This document shows, one piece after another, positions 61,609 to 64,000 of a stretch of 64,000 nt of DNA; position 1 is the stretch's first letter, and each line of letters starts with the position of its first letter. A program made the position numbers and the translations under genes. A model generated the notes under the pieces. The model had not been told where the DNA came from. It did no database searches and saw only the letters and a list, made by a program, of their open reading frames with translations. Origin of the DNA: an uncultured Bacilli bacterium (lineage in GTDB: Bacteria; Bacillota_I; Bacilli_A; RFN20; CAG-826); the NCBI GenBank assembly GCA_934140155.1, contig CAKPBC010000004.1, forward strand, positions 65,675 to 129,674. The letters run 5' to 3'.

Positions 61609-63267
61609 CTACTTTCCTAATACTGTAATCTCAGGAATTGCAATGTTGCCATTTCCTTTTGATTTTGAAACTGTGATTTGAATTTGTTTAATAAGCATAT
61701 CTTGATATTCAATAGCAATGGAAGAACCTACAAATATACATTTATAATCTTCTTCCGCAAAAATATCGTAATTAAACACTAATTTTCCCGTATCAATATA
61801 TCCTTCTTTTCCGTCATTTTTATAATATATACGGATATTATCTATTTGGGTAAAACTTGTATCATAATCCGAACTATTATATACCATAATTGCTTTAGAA
61901 GTAACATAATCATCCCAATTAAGAGTTATCTTTGATTTTCCTTTATTAAATATTGTTTCTTGCACTAAAGAATTTTCATGCATTTTGATTGTTCCATCAT
62001 TTAACCAATAAGCACTACTTCCTTTAGCTATGTTTGTGGCTTTAACTTCTGCGTTAGAAGCAATATCTTGATAACCACTAATTAAGGAAGGTAGAGGTTG
62101 CATAGTAACTGTTGGACCATTAGCGTAAATTACAGGAATTCCATCTTGATTTACAACGAATGATATTTTATCAAAACGAATTTTTCTTGCTTCCACAATA
62201 TCGCTATCATTTAAGAAAGTATGATAACTAATGTATAATTGGTCTCCCACTTTAATAAACGAGTGGTGTCCAGATGAGTTAGTATAAATATTAAGCCCAT
62301 CGGTAGTAATAATTGTTCCGCCTTTATCAACATCAATCTTAGCAAATGGTCCCATTGGTGATTTACCAACTGCTTGACGCACTTGATAAGTTGATTCTAG
62401 ATAAGTATTAACCGAGAAAGTTAAATAATATAATCCATCATGATAGAACATATATGGTCCTTCATTAACGGTTCCTTCATCAATTTCATTACTTCCTCCG
62501 ATTGAGGTTACACCAGTTTGCGAAATACAAGTAACGCTACTATAATCCGGGTCCCACCATTCATTCATTTTCATAATGTATGTTGATGAACTAGAATATC
62601 CAGCACCTTTATCATGAGTGAATAATAAATATTTTTGATTGTCCGTTGGATCTAAGAACGGTTCAGCGTCGATAGCGGAGAAATAACCATTTGGTATTCC
62701 ACTTTCTGGAGCATGATACTCAAATAATGGATGATCACTTGGTATTTTATTAAAATTAATTAATGGTTCAGAATCACTATGATATTCTTTAAAAGGTCCC
62801 ATTGGCGATTTTGAAGTAGCAAGTGAAACATAATGAGAATTAGAGTGCTTTTTCCATGTAGCACTATAATACATATAATACGTTTGATTGCTTTCATCAT
62901 AATGAACTGCTGGTGCCCAGAAGTTTAAATAGCCCCAATGTATATCTAAGTTAGGGCGAAATACTGCGCCTAAATATTGCCAGTGTGTCATATCTTTTGT
63001 ACGCCAGGCATTAATTGTGGATGTGGCAGTTACATAAGCGTAATAATAACCACTATCTTGATCTCCTTCTTTTTCTTCAACATATATTAAAGAAGGGTCT
63101 GCGCCTTGCATGGTCTTTACATTTCCATAAAAGACGCTAGTATTAAATTCTTGGCGATTCTCATTATAGAATTTAAACCACGAAGTATCTTTGTTATTAT
63201 CACAAGAACTAACAACAAATAAAGAACATAAGAACAAAGCAACTTTTTTAAATAATTTACATTTCAT
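61609..63267 (-). CDS. glycoside hydrolase family 43 lipoprotein (beta-xylosidase / alpha-L-arabinofuranosidase type) with C-terminal beta-sandwich
   Basis: Lipobox FVVSSCDNN. GH43 5-bladed-propeller hallmarks are GADPSLIY (catalytic base Asp), WAPAVHYD and FSAIDAEPF (catalytic acid Glu region). Confidence 0.7.
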   Translation of the reverse strand: MKCKLFKKVALFLCSLFVVSSCDNNKDTSWFKFYNENRQEFNTSVFYGNVKTMQGADPSLIYVEEKEGDQDSGYYYAYVTATSTINAWRTKDMTHWQYLGAVFRPNLDIHWGYLNFWAPAVHYDESNQTYYMYYSATWKKHSNSHYVSLATSKSPMGPFKEYHSDSEPLINFNKIPSDHPLFEYHAPESGIPNGYFSAIDAEPFLDPTDNQKYLLFTHDKGAGYSSSSTYIMKMNEWWDPDYSSVTCISQTGVTSIGGSNEIDEGTVNEGPYMFYHDGLYYLTFSVNTYLESTYQVRQAVGKSPMGPFAKIDVDKGGTIITTDGLNIYTNSSGHHSFIKVGDQLYISYHTFLNDSDIVEARKIRFDKISFVVNQDGIPVIYANGPTVTMQPLPSLISGYQDIASNAEVKATNIAKGSSAYWLNDGTIKMHENSLVQETIFNKGKSKITLNWDDYVTSKAIMVYNSSDYDTSFTQIDNIRIYYKNDGKEGYIDTGKLVFNYDIFAEEDYKCIFVGSSIAIEYQDMLIKQIQITVSKSKGNGNIAIPEITVLGK

Positions 63268-63271
63268 TAGC

Positions 63272-64000
63272 TTATGCCTCCTTAATTGCTGGGAATTTTT
63301 CTTCGATTAGTGTTTTATCTGTTGAGAATTCATAATCAAAGAAATTGAATGTAGCGGTAAATGCTGTATCGGCATATAAACCAAATTTTACTGAGCCATC
63401 TTCATTAACACTAAACCACTTTGTATCTAAAGAAGATATAGTTCTTACATATACTAGCGAATTCGTAGCAAAATCTGTTAATAGGATATGAATCTTTTTG
63501 TTAACACCATCATAAACCATACCCATACGCATAACAGTATTTTTAAAATCTTCATTTTTAATATTTTTTAAGCCACCAGAACTTGGGCTTACATCATTTC
63601 CATTAAATTTATCTGAAGTTGGATCTCCGCTTGGGCCACCCATTATTGTTTGATAGCCTGTAATAACTGTTCTAACACCAGTTGTATAACTTAAAGAAGC
63701 ATATTTTCTTCCAATATACATATTTGTATTAGCGCTATATTTCTTAAAATAATAACCAATTGTTGCTAATTTGTTATAATCTCCAAAGAATATTCCAACA
63801 CGATTTTCATAAGTTGCGGTAATTCCTTCATAATCACTCATAGAAAGACATGTTGAGAAATAGAAATATTTTTCTTCCGTGTGGAAATAAGTAAATCCAG
63901 CATCTCTTTTCTTATTAGCGTCACCACTACCTGAAAGAGTGATAGATGTTTTCTTATTTTCTGCATCATCTAATGAATAATCCCATTTTTCCGTATTAAA
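63272..64000 (-). CDS. hypothetical beta-sandwich protein (possibly lectin/glucanase-like), N-terminus beyond window end (partial)
   Basis: The minus-strand frame is open from 64000 down to the stop at 63272. The ORF-track start at 63841 is only the first internal Met (...FYFSTCLSMSDYEG...). Confidence 0.4.
   Translation of the reverse strand, partial: FNTEKWDYSLDDAENKKTSITLSGSGDANKKRDAGFTYFHTEEKYFYFSTCLSMSDYEGITATYENRVGIFFGDYNKLATIGYYFKKYSANTNMYIGRKYASLSYTTGVRTVITGYQTIMGGPSGDPTSDKFNGNDVSPSSGGLKNIKNEDFKNTVMRMGMVYDGVNKKIHILLTDFATNSLVYVRTISSLDTKWFSVNEDGSVKFGLYADTAFTATFNFFDYEFSTDKTLIEEKFPAIKEA

Noticed and set aside
1-64000. CRISPR arrays, rRNA genes, integrase/recombinase genes, att-site duplication of tRNA 3' ends
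   Set aside because: There is no regularly spaced direct-repeat array, no rRNA-like conserved stretches, and no tyrosine/serine recombinase motifs in any ORF. No second copy of the tRNA-Gln or tRNA-Arg 3' end was found in the window.

Overview
AT-rich (~30% GC by eye) chromosomal window from a low-GC, wall-less or reduced Firmicute. It looks Acholeplasma/Erysipelotrichia-like because OppD, OppF and an MsmK-like ATPase carry large insertions typical of Mollicutes, lipoboxes are of the ASC/GSC type, and the standard genetic code appears to be used. Coding density is high and almost every gene is on the minus strand. From start to end the window holds:
- a surface-protein cluster: a TPR/LRR protein that runs off the 5' edge, a papain-like C1 peptidase and a membrane protein;
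- a three-gene block (flavodoxin-ferredoxin fusion, membrane protein, AAA+/DUF4143 ATPase) bracketed by three copies of a ~40-bp repeat, next to tRNA-Arg(UCG);
- an oppABCDF operon;
- degV, a TerB-like gene, and an ABC exporter (two ATPases plus permease) whose second ATPase carries an in-frame TAA, with a divergent tetR and palindromic operators between them;
- HAD and EamA genes;
- a tightly packed rex-adhE-[2Fe-2S] ferredoxin-hydS(PAS)-PP2C phosphatase-[FeFe]-hydrogenase-like operon;
- MFS, MscS, nitroreductase and Fic genes;
- a plus-strand pstSCAB-phoU-phoPR operon preceded by Pho-box-like direct repeats;
- an FAD oxidoreductase;
- a ~5 kb decayed accessory island ending at tRNA-Gln(CUG), containing a MATE fragment, a Vat-type acetyltransferase fragment, an HExxH protein, a RelB/DinJ antitoxin paired with a degenerate Fic-fold protein, an ISAs1-family transposase remnant and duplicated wHTH genes;
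- a large Cys/His-rich repeat lipoprotein;
- a GH43 plus sugar-ABC utilisation locus that runs off the 3' edge.
There is no CRISPR array, rRNA or intact transposase. The most noteworthy system is the operon that couples an H2-sensing hydrogenase/PP2C module and Rex to adhE.
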